This document shows positions 1 to 7,764 of a DNA stretch of 14,508 nt, in pieces (the stretch's first letter is position 1; every line of letters begins with the position of its first letter). The translations under genes were made by a program, and so were the position numbers. The stretch lies in contig JBEPZZ010000042.1 in the NCBI GenBank assembly GCA_041640575.1, positions 1-14,508 on the forward strand, given 5' to 3'. Under the pieces are notes generated by a model. The model saw only the letters and a list, made by a program, of their open reading frames with translations, was not told where the DNA came from and did not search any database. This DNA comes from Pseudothermotoga sp. Lineage in GTDB: Bacteria > Thermotogota > Thermotogae > Thermotogales > DSM-5069.

Positions 1-372
1 ATCTCCAATTCTTATCTGAATTCTGTCACCAGCTTTTCCAACGACTCTTTTTACGTACTTAACATGCCCCTTAAAACGCGTCGGCGCGAACAGATCCATG
101 AATTTGTCAAATAATCTGAGCATCTGCTGGGCCCGCTCATCAACAAATGGCGACCAAAAAACTACAACGTCACCAATCTGTGGCTCTCTCACCATATATG
201 TGACCTTTTCTATGAAAAGTCTGTCATTGATATTTATAGTTGGTATCATGGAACCGGTAGGTACCAGCATCGTCTCAAAGACGAACAATCTTATTATGGT
301 TGCTGCTACTATCGCGTATAGAAGAGCCTTTGTCCATTCAACAAGTTCTTTTTTCAAACTTTTACTTTTCAT
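1..372 (-). CDS. lepB: Signal peptidase I (5' part; truncated by the left window edge)
   Basis: Not in the ORF track. Manual translation from ATG at 372 is open to base 1: [56 protein letters not shown]...GDVVVF...[14 protein letters not shown]. It has an N-terminal TM helix, the catalytic Ser box (GSMxPT) and the Lys box (YVKRVVG). It overlaps the rplS end by 11 nt, and rplS-lepB is a common order. Confidence 0.95.
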   Translation of the reverse strand, partial: MKSKSLKKELVEWTKALLYAIVAATIIRLFVFETMLVPTGSMIPTININDRLFIEKVTYMVREPQIGDVVVFWSPFVDERAQQMLRLFDKFMDLFAPTRFKGHVKYVKRVVGKAGDRIQIRIGD

Positions 373-733
373 TTTGACCGGCTGCTTCCTTACGTTCTTT
401 GAGCTTTATCTTACCTTTTACGTCCCTCAAGTAATACAGCTTTGCTCGGCGAGAAGTGGACTTCTTAACAATCTCGATTTTCTCGACAACAGGAGCATGA
501 TATGGGAAAATCCTTTCAACTCCTATTCCGCCACTCGCAATTTTTCTAACAGTGAAAGTCTTACTTAGTCCAGAACCACGAATACTTATAACAATCCCTT
601 CAAAGACTTGTATCCTTTCTTTTCCACCTTCTACAACCCTTACATGTACCCTTACTGTATCTCCAGGCCTGAATTCCGGATGTTGACGGTACTGATCCTT
701 TTCAACTAATCTAACTAGGTTGTCCATACTCAT
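362..733 (-). CDS. rplS: 50S ribosomal protein L19
   Basis: Motifs [38 protein letters not shown] and RRAKLYYLR. Start moved from TTG 754 to ATG 733, with AGGAGG at 748-743; ATG 727 is an alternative. Confidence 0.97.
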   Translation of the reverse strand: MSMDNLVRLVEKDQYRQHPEFRPGDTVRVHVRVVEGGKERIQVFEGIVISIRGSGLSKTFTVRKIASGGIGVERIFPYHAPVVEKIEIVKKSTSRRAKLYYLRDVKGKIKLKERKEAAGQNEK

Positions 734-737
734 GGGA

Positions 738-1304
738 TCATTCCTCCTCTCCAACTAATCTGTCAATAATTATAGCAGCTGCAGCGCGTACCGATAGGTG
801 ATTATAGTCGCTCTTACCCCGAATGGGTTCAAGAACATAATCACACATTTGCAGCAGTTCTCTAGGCATTCCCCAGCTTGTGCCAAAAAATACCAATACG
901 GGCCTATCGGTTTGCCTGACTAGCTTTCTAGCTTCTAAATAGCTCAACGTATTTGGATAAAGTTTTGCAGAAGTGAAGAATTTCAATGGTTCTTTACCCG
1001 TTTCGGATTTAATTTCATCTATTACATCTTCTATATATGGCTTAACATCGACAAGTTCTAACGCTTGGGTTCTGCTAAAATTCCGATTCGTGCCGTATTC
1101 GCTTTTCCAATATTTCAGAACCATTTTAACAACACTTTGCTGTGCATACAAATTTGTAACGACATAATACTTTCTTATTTTGTATGTTCTCGCAGTTCTT
1201 GCTATGTCATGGATATCTAAGTTGGTAACGGCACTGGAAACGATTTTCCCACCTTTGTCTAAAACAGGATAATGTACTAGCGCTACACGTATATCACTTA
1301 ACAT
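738..1304 (-). CDS. SPOUT-family SAM-dependent RNA methyltransferase, TM1570/DUF2168-like
   Basis: N-terminal [24 protein letters not shown] motif and C-terminal knot motifs FGTSWG and [24 protein letters not shown]. It lies between trmD and rplS, as TM1570 does in T. maritima. Confidence 0.88.
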   Translation of the reverse strand: MLSDIRVALVHYPVLDKGGKIVSSAVTNLDIHDIARTARTYKIRKYYVVTNLYAQQSVVKMVLKYWKSEYGTNRNFSRTQALELVDVKPYIEDVIDEIKSETGKEPLKFFTSAKLYPNTLSYLEARKLVRQTDRPVLVFFGTSWGMPRELLQMCDYVLEPIRGKSDYNHLSVRAAAAIIIDRLVGEEE

Positions 1305-2031
1305 TGCTCGACCCCCGTATAAGCAGAATGAGAGCCTTCTTGTCTTTCTCCGTAAAATCGTGTTTTATAAATAAATCTGGCCTTCGAATCGCAGTTCTTC
1401 TGAGACTCTCAGAAAGTCTATACAGATCCGTATCTTCATGGTTTCCACTTAGAAGTACATCTGGTACCTTCATATCTCTAAAAACCGCAGGTCTTGTATA
1501 GTGTGGATGATCCAAAAGATCATTGAAAAAAGAATCTTGTTTCAGTGATTCTTCATCGACTACTCCTGGAACGAATCTGCTAATGGCATCACACATGACC
1601 ATAGCTGCAAGTTCACCACCACTCAGCACATAATCACCTATTGACAGTTCCATGTCAACTAACTTCATGATTCTTTCATCTACACCTTCATATCTTCCGC
1701 AGAGTATTAGGATGTTTTCTTTTCGTGAAAGTGAAACCGCTATATTGTTGTCGAATTTTTCTCCTTGCGGGCTTGTCATGATAACAAAAGGTTTACCAAA
1801 TTTCTGCACGATATAGTCATACAACCTATAAAAAGGCTCAGGTTTCATGACCATTCCTGGGCCACCACCGTATGGATAATCGTCAACGGTTTTGTGCTTA
1901 TCTTCTGCAAAATCTCTCAAATTCATTATCTCGATTGACAATTTTCCGTCTTTAACTGCTTGAGATATCACACCATATTCTTTGATTACTTTCACAAAGT
2001 CTGGGAAGATTGTCGCAATAATGATTCTCAT
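1294..2031 (-). CDS. trmD: tRNA (guanine37-N1)-methyltransferase
   Basis: Motifs VDDYPYGGGPGMVMKPEP, SPQG, LCGRYEGVDER, SIGDYVLSGGE and HYTRP. Start set at ATG 2031, which overlaps the rimM stop (TGATG). Confidence 0.97.
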   Translation of the reverse strand: MRIIIATIFPDFVKVIKEYGVISQAVKDGKLSIEIMNLRDFAEDKHKTVDDYPYGGGPGMVMKPEPFYRLYDYIVQKFGKPFVIMTSPQGEKFDNNIAVSLSRKENILILCGRYEGVDERIMKLVDMELSIGDYVLSGGELAAMVMCDAISRFVPGVVDEESLKQDSFFNDLLDHPHYTRPAVFRDMKVPDVLLSGNHEDTDLYRLSESLRRTAIRRPDLFIKHDFTEKDKKALILLIRGSSNVK

Positions 2032-2534
2032 CAAATCCACTCCGGTAACCTGACTTTCAACTTTTTTTCCTTTTGAAACTCAATGATGTATTCATTAATC
2101 ATTGGAAACAAGATTTCTTGTTCATTATTTCTTATGACAAGTACCTCATTGGACCCGGTTGTGAGAATGTCTTCTACCTTTCCCAAAAAATTCTCGAACT
2201 CATCAAACACTTTGATGCCAAGAACTTCGAAATAATAGAACTCGTTATTTTGCAGCTTCGGGAGCTTCCGAGGATCGACGACCACATTCAAACCTACCAA
2301 TTGTGAAGCAGCTTCTGGATCAGAAATGTTCAAGAATTTTGCAACAACGTATTTCCCGGACCTCTTAATCTCCTCAACATCCATTTCGTAGAATTCATTG
2401 CGAGCTTCACTGTATAGCTTTAGTTTCTTTGATCCTGTGAAAATACTCCAAATATTTGTCGTCGGAATAATTTTAACTTTTCCGGACAAGCCATGAATTT
2501 TTGATATAACTCCTACGATGACAAATTCACTCAC
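2031..2534 (-). CDS. rimM: 16S rRNA processing protein RimM
   Basis: G.I...HGL.G.VKI at the N-terminus, LPKL..NEFYY.EVLG..V, and a PRC barrel (LGKVEDILTTGSNEVL). GTG start overlaps the upstream stop (GTGA); canonical position. Confidence 0.93.
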   Translation of the reverse strand: MSEFVIVGVISKIHGLSGKVKIIPTTNIWSIFTGSKKLKLYSEARNEFYEMDVEEIKRSGKYVVAKFLNISDPEAASQLVGLNVVVDPRKLPKLQNNEFYYFEVLGIKVFDEFENFLGKVEDILTTGSNEVLVIRNNEQEILFPMINEYIIEFQKEKKLKVRLPEWI

Positions 2535-2755
2535 CTAATCACCCGCAAGGTAAAATTGTTATGGCCCTCTAATGCTGAAAGAAGTATTTTAAGTGACTTG
2601 ATTGTTCGGCCATCCTTTCCTATGACTTGGCCAACGTCTTCTTCGTTCACCACTATTTCGATAATCTTCTGCTCGCCTTCGATGAACTCCATAACTACAA
2701 CGTCTTCTGGATGCTTAACAATACCTTTTAAGATGTACTCCACTAGATCCTTCAT
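2531..2755 (-). CDS. khpA: KH-domain RNA-binding protein (KhpA/YlqC, UPF0109)
   Basis: 74 aa. MKDLVEYI.K.IV.HPEDV plus the KH GxxG loop in DVGQVIGKDGRTIKSL; lies between rpsP and rimM. Confidence 0.92.
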   Translation of the reverse strand: MKDLVEYILKGIVKHPEDVVVMEFIEGEQKIIEIVVNEEDVGQVIGKDGRTIKSLKILLSALEGHNNFTLRVIR

Positions 2756-2764
2756 CCGGCGAAA

Positions 2765-3046
2765 TTACTCCTTTGCCTTAGAGCCGTACTTGATTTCATG
2801 AACCTTTGCCATGACTCCCGCTTTTTTCAGTATACTTTCAACCGTTTCACTCGGTTGTGCGCCCTTGAGAATCCAGTCTACTGCTCTGTCTACGTTTACA
2901 TTGATTGGGTTAACTTCCTTCAACGGATTGTAATAACCCAGTGATTCAATGTAAGCTCCATCTCTTTTCTTTCTTGAATCAACGACAACAATTCTGTAAA
3001 AAGGCATGTGCTTCTTACCCATTCTCGTAAGTCTGATCCTTACCAC
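2765..3046 (-). CDS. rpsP: 30S ribosomal protein S16
   Basis: [34 protein letters not shown] and GAQPSETV. Start moved to GTG 3046, 7 nt after GGAGG (3058-3054); GTG 3052 is too close to the RBS. Confidence 0.97.
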   Translation of the reverse strand: MVRIRLTRMGKKHMPFYRIVVVDSRKKRDGAYIESLGYYNPLKEVNPINVNVDRAVDWILKGAQPSETVESILKKAGVMAKVHEIKYGSKAKE

Positions 3047-3061
3047 TTTCACACCTCCTAA

Positions 3062-4363
3062 TCATATTTTGAATGGAAATTTGAGTTTTCCTTGTTTGAA
3101 CCTCTTCATAAGTTCCTTCATTTCTTCGTAGGATTTCAAAAGTTTGTTGACATCTTGCACTGTTGTGCCACTACCTTTTGCTATCCTTATCTTCCTGCTA
3201 GCATTTATTATTCTAGGATTTCTTCGTTCTTCTTTTGTCATTGAATTAATCATGGCTTCGGCTTTTCTTAGCCAAGCTTCTCCGACTTCGAGATCTATTT
3301 TCGGCGCACCAGGAAGCATTTCAATTATTGAAGAGAGCGGACCCAATTTTTTCATTTCTCTCAGTTGTTCACGAAAATCTTCAAGCGAAAACTCCGCTTG
3401 AAGGATTTTTTTCCCCATTTGCTCCATTTTTTCTTTATCAAGTTCTTTCTCGGCCTTCTCTATCAAAGTCAGAATATCACCCATTCCGAGAATTCTTGCT
3501 GCGATTCTATCAGGATAAAATGGTTCGATAGCATCAGTTTTCTCGCCAGCTCCAATAAATTTGACTGGTTTACCAGTTACATAACTTATTGAAAGTATCA
3601 CGCCACCTCGCGCATCTCCATCCATTTTGGTTACGATGAACCCAGTCAAGTCAAGCCTTTTGTCAAATTCCAAAGCCGAGTTCACCGCATCTTGCCCCAC
3701 CATAGCGTCAACGACCATTAGGATCTCATCAGGGTTAGACAAGTTCTTTATTTGTTCCAATTCATGCATCATTTCTTCATCAATGTGAAGTCTACCGGCT
3801 GTGTCCATTATCACAACGTTGTAGTGAGAATTTTTTGCTTTATTAATTGCTTCTTGAACTATATTTAGTGGATTCTTCCTATCACCTGTGAAGACAGGCA
3901 AATCTATTGTTTTTCCAAGTTTTTCAAGCTGATTAATTGCTGCAGGACGGTATGTATCTGCGGCAACCAGAAGTGGTGTCTTGCCATTCTTCTTTAGATA
4001 GAGAGCAAGCTTTGCTGCAGTTGTTGTTTTGCCACTGCCTTGTAACCCAACAAGCATTATGATTGATGGGTGATGTTTTAAATTCATTCCGGAGTGGTAT
4101 TTTCCCAGTAGTCCAACAAGTTCATCCCGAATTATCTTTATGAATTGCTGGTCAGGAGTGAAACTTTTTAGCACCTCTTCTCCCAGTGCTTTTTGTTTCA
4201 CAGAATCTACAAATTCCTTGACGACTTTGAAATTAACGTCGGCCTCCAACAAGGAGAGTTTGACCTGCTTTACGGCCTCTTCAACATTTTTTTCTGTTAT
4301 TCTTCCTTTTCCTGAAAGCGAGCGAAAAACTCTTGACAGTTTTTCTTGAAGTCTTTCAAACAT
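3062..4363 (-). CDS. ffh: Signal recognition particle protein Ffh
   Basis: N domain (LLEADVNFKVVK), SRP GTPase motifs GLQGSGKTT, DTYRPAA, DTAGR and TKMDGDARGG, and an M domain (INSMT.EER, SRKIRIAKGSG). RBS GAGGAG at 4377-4372. Confidence 0.98.
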   Translation of the reverse strand: MFERLQEKLSRVFRSLSGKGRITEKNVEEAVKQVKLSLLEADVNFKVVKEFVDSVKQKALGEEVLKSFTPDQQFIKIIRDELVGLLGKYHSGMNLKHHPSIIMLVGLQGSGKTTTAAKLALYLKKNGKTPLLVAADTYRPAAINQLEKLGKTIDLPVFTGDRKNPLNIVQEAINKAKNSHYNVVIMDTAGRLHIDEEMMHELEQIKNLSNPDEILMVVDAMVGQDAVNSALEFDKRLDLTGFIVTKMDGDARGGVILSISYVTGKPVKFIGAGEKTDAIEPFYPDRIAARILGMGDILTLIEKAEKELDKEKMEQMGKKILQAEFSLEDFREQLREMKKLGPLSSIIEMLPGAPKIDLEVGEAWLRKAEAMINSMTKEERRNPRIINASRKIRIAKGSGTTVQDVNKLLKSYEEMKELMKRFKQGKLKFPFKI

Positions 4364-4381
4364 CTAAAACACTCCTCATAC

Positions 4382-4410
4382 ATGTTATGCCACGAGCCGA
4401 AAAAAATCAA
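4382..4410 (-). promoter_or_regulatory. Putative sigma70 promoter of the ffh operon
   Basis: On the minus strand, TTGATT (4410-4405), a 17-nt spacer and TAACAT (4387-4382), just upstream of the ffh RBS. This implies a very short 5' UTR. Confidence 0.55.
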
Positions 4411-4450
4411 TTAACTGTCTATCACAGATGAAACAGCTTCAACAAGATAA

Positions 4451-4520
4451 TATTACAGTCAGATGAAGATAAGCGTGTGACTTTACTTAACTCACATATC
4501 ACTTCAACATAACTGTAATA
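4451..4520. repeat. 70-bp nested imperfect inverted repeat in the divergent intergenic region
   Basis: TATTACAGT (4451-4459)/ACTGTAATA (4512-4520), TGAAG (4464-4468)/CTTCA (4502-4506) and TGTGA (4476-4480)/TCACA (4492-4496) all share an axis near 4485-4486. Confidence 0.65.
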
Positions 4521-4661
4521 ATGATTGCTTTGACCACGACCAATGTGTTAACAACCAAAAACTCAATAATTTCATATCAATGGAAGCGTTGATAATGGGA
4601 AGATCGCAAAATGTGTTCTGAGGAACGTTTCCGCCATTCAAATTAGTCTCATGGATTAGCT

Positions 4662-4690
4662 CTACTTACATAACGTAAATGATGTATAAT
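4662..4690 (+). promoter_or_regulatory. Putative promoter of the ABC-namZ operon, overlapped by a palindrome
   Basis: Perfect TATAAT at 4685-4690, 20 nt before the RBS GAGGAGGTG (4711-4719). There is no good -35; an imperfect palindrome ACTTACATAACGTAAAT (4664-4680) occupies the -35/spacer region. Confidence 0.5.
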
Positions 4691-4724
4691 CAATATGTCA
4701 AATATCTCTTGAGGAGGTGTCAAA

Positions 4725-5972
4725 ATGAAAACAAGGTTGCAGTTAGTAATTCTTTTGCTGGTTGCATTGGTCTACTTTGCTGGAGAAGTTTCCATCTGGA
4801 GTTGGAGATCACAAGATGAAGATGTATGGAGACAAGTCGAGCAAAGATTAAGAAGCGCTGGCAAAGACATCAAGATTAATTTTACAGCCTTTGTACCGAC
4901 AGAGTACGATGCTAAGATCGCTTTGGCACTTCAAACCAATACAGGACCTGATCTGGTTTATTCAAGAAGATTGCCTGGTGGACGAACTCAAGCAATGATT
5001 GAAAGTGGTCTATATCTACCTATCAACGACGAAGTTGATTTCTCAAACTTTCCTCAGTCGATCTTAAAGTCCATGACAATGGACGGAAAAATTTACGGTG
5101 TACCGTTTGCAGTTCAGGTCGTTGGTATTTTTTACAACATTGATTATTATGAAAGATTTAAGCTCAAGGAACCTGAAACATGGGACGAACTGGTCGAAAA
5201 CGCCAAAATTTTGCTGAAAAATGGAATTGTTCCATTTTTCATTCCAGGTAAAGATGCATGGGCTTTGACTATGCAACATGCAATGTGTGGAGTGAGTGTG
5301 CTTGGACCAGAATGGATAAAGAGGTTGATCGATGGGGAAACGGATTTTCTTGATCCAAAATTCACCGATCTGAACAAAAGGTTAAATGATTTGAAAGCAT
5401 ACTACCAAAGTGGTTTTCTAGCAAACTCAACAACGGATATGGATGCAGCTTTTGCATTTGGTCAGGCTGCGATGGTGTTCTACGGGATCTGGGGCTACCA
5501 AATTTGGAGAAACCTGAACCCCGATATAAGAGTGGGATATTTCATGGTACCACCAGTATCAAAAGATCAGAAACCATATGCTTATGTTTATATGGATGGA
5601 GCTATAACATTAACTTCTAACGTGAAAAACAGAAAGGATGCCATCGAAGTTTTAAGATTCTGTGCTACACCCGAATTTGGTACTATCTTTGCCAATGTGA
5701 CATACAACATACCAGCTGTTTCTGGAGCTGTTTTACCCAAAGTTCCATTGCTCGAGGAAATCATGGATGTTTATGTCAAGAATGCTTCTCCATATGTGTA
5801 CTGGGTAGGTTCTGTGTTTGTAACCCAAAAGCCATCATTGTATGATGATGTTTTAAGCCCTGGTATGCAGGAAATGTATGCTGGCAAGATAACTCCAGAG
5901 GACCTCTCAAAGAAGGCACAGGACGCTATTTCCCAGTGGTATGAACCATTAAAGAAGAGGTTGGGTAAGTAA
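4725..5972 (+). CDS. Carbohydrate ABC transporter substrate-binding protein (CUT1, family 1)
   Basis: Short signal peptide MKTRLQLVILLLVALVYFA with no lipobox Cys. Family-1 SBP features GPDL, DGKIYGVP, GIFYN and PETWDEL. Strong RBS; followed by two permeases. Confidence 0.92.
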   Translation: MKTRLQLVILLLVALVYFAGEVSIWSWRSQDEDVWRQVEQRLRSAGKDIKINFTAFVPTEYDAKIALALQTNTGPDLVYSRRLPGGRTQAMIESGLYLPINDEVDFSNFPQSILKSMTMDGKIYGVPFAVQVVGIFYNIDYYERFKLKEPETWDELVENAKILLKNGIVPFFIPGKDAWALTMQHAMCGVSVLGPEWIKRLIDGETDFLDPKFTDLNKRLNDLKAYYQSGFLANSTTDMDAAFAFGQAAMVFYGIWGYQIWRNLNPDIRVGYFMVPPVSKDQKPYAYVYMDGAITLTSNVKNRKDAIEVLRFCATPEFGTIFANVTYNIPAVSGAVLPKVPLLEEIMDVYVKNASPYVYWVGSVFVTQKPSLYDDVLSPGMQEMYAGKITPEDLSKKAQDAISQWYEPLKKRLGK

Positions 5973-5990
5973 AGAAGTGCCTTCATTCAT

Positions 5991-6017
5991 AAGCCCCGGC
6001 AGTTGCTGGGGCTTTTT
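5991..6017 (+). terminator. Intercistronic hairpin (partial terminator or mRNA 3' stabiliser) after the SBP gene
   Basis: AAGCCCCGGC-AGTT-GCTGGGGCTT forms a 10-bp stem with one G.U pair and ends in TTTTT (6013-6017), immediately before the permease RBS GAGAGGTG. Confidence 0.8.
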
Positions 6018-6031
6018 GAGAGGTGTTCTTG

Positions 6032-6931
6032 ATGAGAGTGAAGGTTAGGTATGTCGTTCTATTCGTATTGCCGGCTATGATTCTTTATACCATGTTTAAT
6101 ATATACCCCTTGGTAGAAAGCCTAAGGCTTAGTTTCTACAGTTGGAGAGGAGTCGGAGAAAAGACTTTCGTTGGACTTAAGAACTTTCGTAACTTGTTTG
6201 TCGGTGGTTTTTCAAAAGAAGTTTTTAATGCTTTTTACCACAATCTTTACTTTTTTGTTACTGTGTCGGCCCTTCAGCTTGGTTTCGGCTTTTTGATTGC
6301 CTTGCTGCTGTCAAGTAAAGTAAAAGGCGTGGGAGCTTTCAAAGCGGTTGTTTACATGCCCAACATGATACCTCTCGTGATGGTTGGCTTCATGTGGAAT
6401 TTGTTTTTGCATCCACAGATAGGTCTTGTGAACCAGTTTCTTAAATTGTTAGGTTTAGCACACTTTGCAAAGCCTTGGTTGGGCGATCCAAGCTTGGCTT
6501 TTAACACAATAATTCTTGTGAATGTGTGGAGAAATCTAGGATTTTATGTTCTTGTTTTATTAGCTGCTATACTCAACATTCCTCCAGATCTTGTTGAGGC
6601 TGCCTATATAGATGGTGCAAACAACTGGAAAATTGTTTGGAAAATCATCTTCCCACTTACTATACCAACTTTCGGCACTCTTTTGATTTTGCTCTTCATA
6701 GGAAGTCTTAACGTTTTCGACATGGTTTATGCTATGACAGGTGTCCAGGCTGGGCCATTTAGATCTACAGATGTTTTGGGAACCGTTTTCTACAGAACAG
6801 CATTTGGTGGGTTAGGAGCAGCGTATACAGATATGGGTCTAGGTGCGTCAGTAACCGTATTTATCTTCATGATAATAATGCCTGTCTCGATACTGTATGT
6901 TTATCTTGTTGAAAGAAGGAGTCAGAAATGA
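6032..6931 (+). CDS. Carbohydrate ABC transporter permease (MalF/UgpA-like)
   Basis: Multiple TM segments, FVGLKNF, WLGDP and the EAA loop IPPDLVEAAYIDGA. Start moved to ATG 6032 because GTG 6023 lies within the RBS. Confidence 0.92.
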   Translation: MRVKVRYVVLFVLPAMILYTMFNIYPLVESLRLSFYSWRGVGEKTFVGLKNFRNLFVGGFSKEVFNAFYHNLYFFVTVSALQLGFGFLIALLLSSKVKGVGAFKAVVYMPNMIPLVMVGFMWNLFLHPQIGLVNQFLKLLGLAHFAKPWLGDPSLAFNTIILVNVWRNLGFYVLVLLAAILNIPPDLVEAAYIDGANNWKIVWKIIFPLTIPTFGTLLILLFIGSLNVFDMVYAMTGVQAGPFRSTDVLGTVFYRTAFGGLGAAYTDMGLGASVTVFIFMIIMPVSILYVYLVERRSQK

Positions 6932-7755
6932 TGAGATTCTCAAAGTTCTCAAAAATAGTCGTATATTTGGTTTTGTCTATTTACGCGCTTATTATTGTTG
7001 GCCCTATTACGATGATGATATTTAACTCCCTGAAAACTATGCGCGAACTTTTTCTAAAACCGTTCGCACTACCAACGAAGTTTATGTTTCAAAATTACAC
7101 TCTGGCTTGGCAAAGAGCTGGAATAGCTACTGGTTACAGAAATAGCTTGGTAGTTGCCGTAACAACAGTCATTGCAGTCCTGCTTCTTGCATCGATGTTC
7201 GCATACATGATATCCAAATATCAATTTAGGGGAAGAAGAATCTTATTTTTTTATTCGATGCTTGGGCTGGCTTTGCCGTCAAGACTGGCTTTTATTCCAA
7301 TATTTCTTCTTTTAAGATCTTTCGGGCTTGTAAATTCGCTTTTCGGACTCACACTTGTTTATGTTTCAACCAATCTTGCCTTTTCGGCTTTCATACTGAA
7401 AAATTTTATTGACTCGGTTCCCAATGAATTGTGCGAAGCTGCAAAAATAGATGGGGCAAACGTTGTTAGCATTTATTGGAAGGTTATCTTACCGCTAGTC
7501 AAACCAGCTCTGTCAATCGTTGCAATAGTGACTTTCATAAATGTTTGGAACGATTTCTTCTTTCCTCTAATATTAATTAATGACAGATCAAAAGCTACAA
7601 TAACACTTGCTGTTTCAATATTCTTTGGGGAATACTCAATTCAATGGCACCTTTTATTCGCAGGTTTAACGCTTTCCATAATTCCAACTATGATAGTGTT
7701 TTTATTCTTTTCGAGGTATTTCATAACCGGCATGACCCAAGGTGCTATCAAATGA
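6928..7755 (+). CDS. Carbohydrate ABC transporter permease (MalG/UgpE-like)
   Basis: EAA loop VPNELCEAAKIDGA, WNDFFFPL and C-terminal G.TQGAIK. ATGA overlap with the upstream permease. Confidence 0.93.
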   Translation: MMRFSKFSKIVVYLVLSIYALIIVGPITMMIFNSLKTMRELFLKPFALPTKFMFQNYTLAWQRAGIATGYRNSLVVAVTTVIAVLLLASMFAYMISKYQFRGRRILFFYSMLGLALPSRLAFIPIFLLLRSFGLVNSLFGLTLVYVSTNLAFSAFILKNFIDSVPNELCEAAKIDGANVVSIYWKVILPLVKPALSIVAIVTFINVWNDFFFPLILINDRSKATITLAVSIFFGEYSIQWHLLFAGLTLSIIPTMIVFLFFSRYFITGMTQGAIK

Positions 7756-7764
7756 GGTGATAGA

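Noticed and set aside
98..568. 156-aa plus-strand ORF
   Set aside because: Antisense shadow of lepB and rplS, both of which have clear motifs; it has no RBS or recognisable domain.
1294..1310. Programmed +1 frameshift fusing TrmD to the TM1570-like protein
   Set aside because: No slippery sequence is visible, and the downstream gene has its own ATG and G-rich RBS.
973..4349. Short plus-strand ORFs opposite the ffh operon
   Set aside because: All lie antisense to conserved housekeeping genes and have shadow-like composition.
4476..4496. TGTGA...TCACA as a CRP/Rex site
   Set aside because: The spacer is 11 nt rather than the required 6; better explained as part of the larger inverted repeat.
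4364..4724. SRP (4.5S) RNA, riboswitch or ylxM upstream of ffh
   Set aside because: No SRP helix-8 motif (CAGG..GGAA..AGCAG), no GC-rich structured segment expected of a thermophile RNA, and no ORF above about 25 aa with an RBS.
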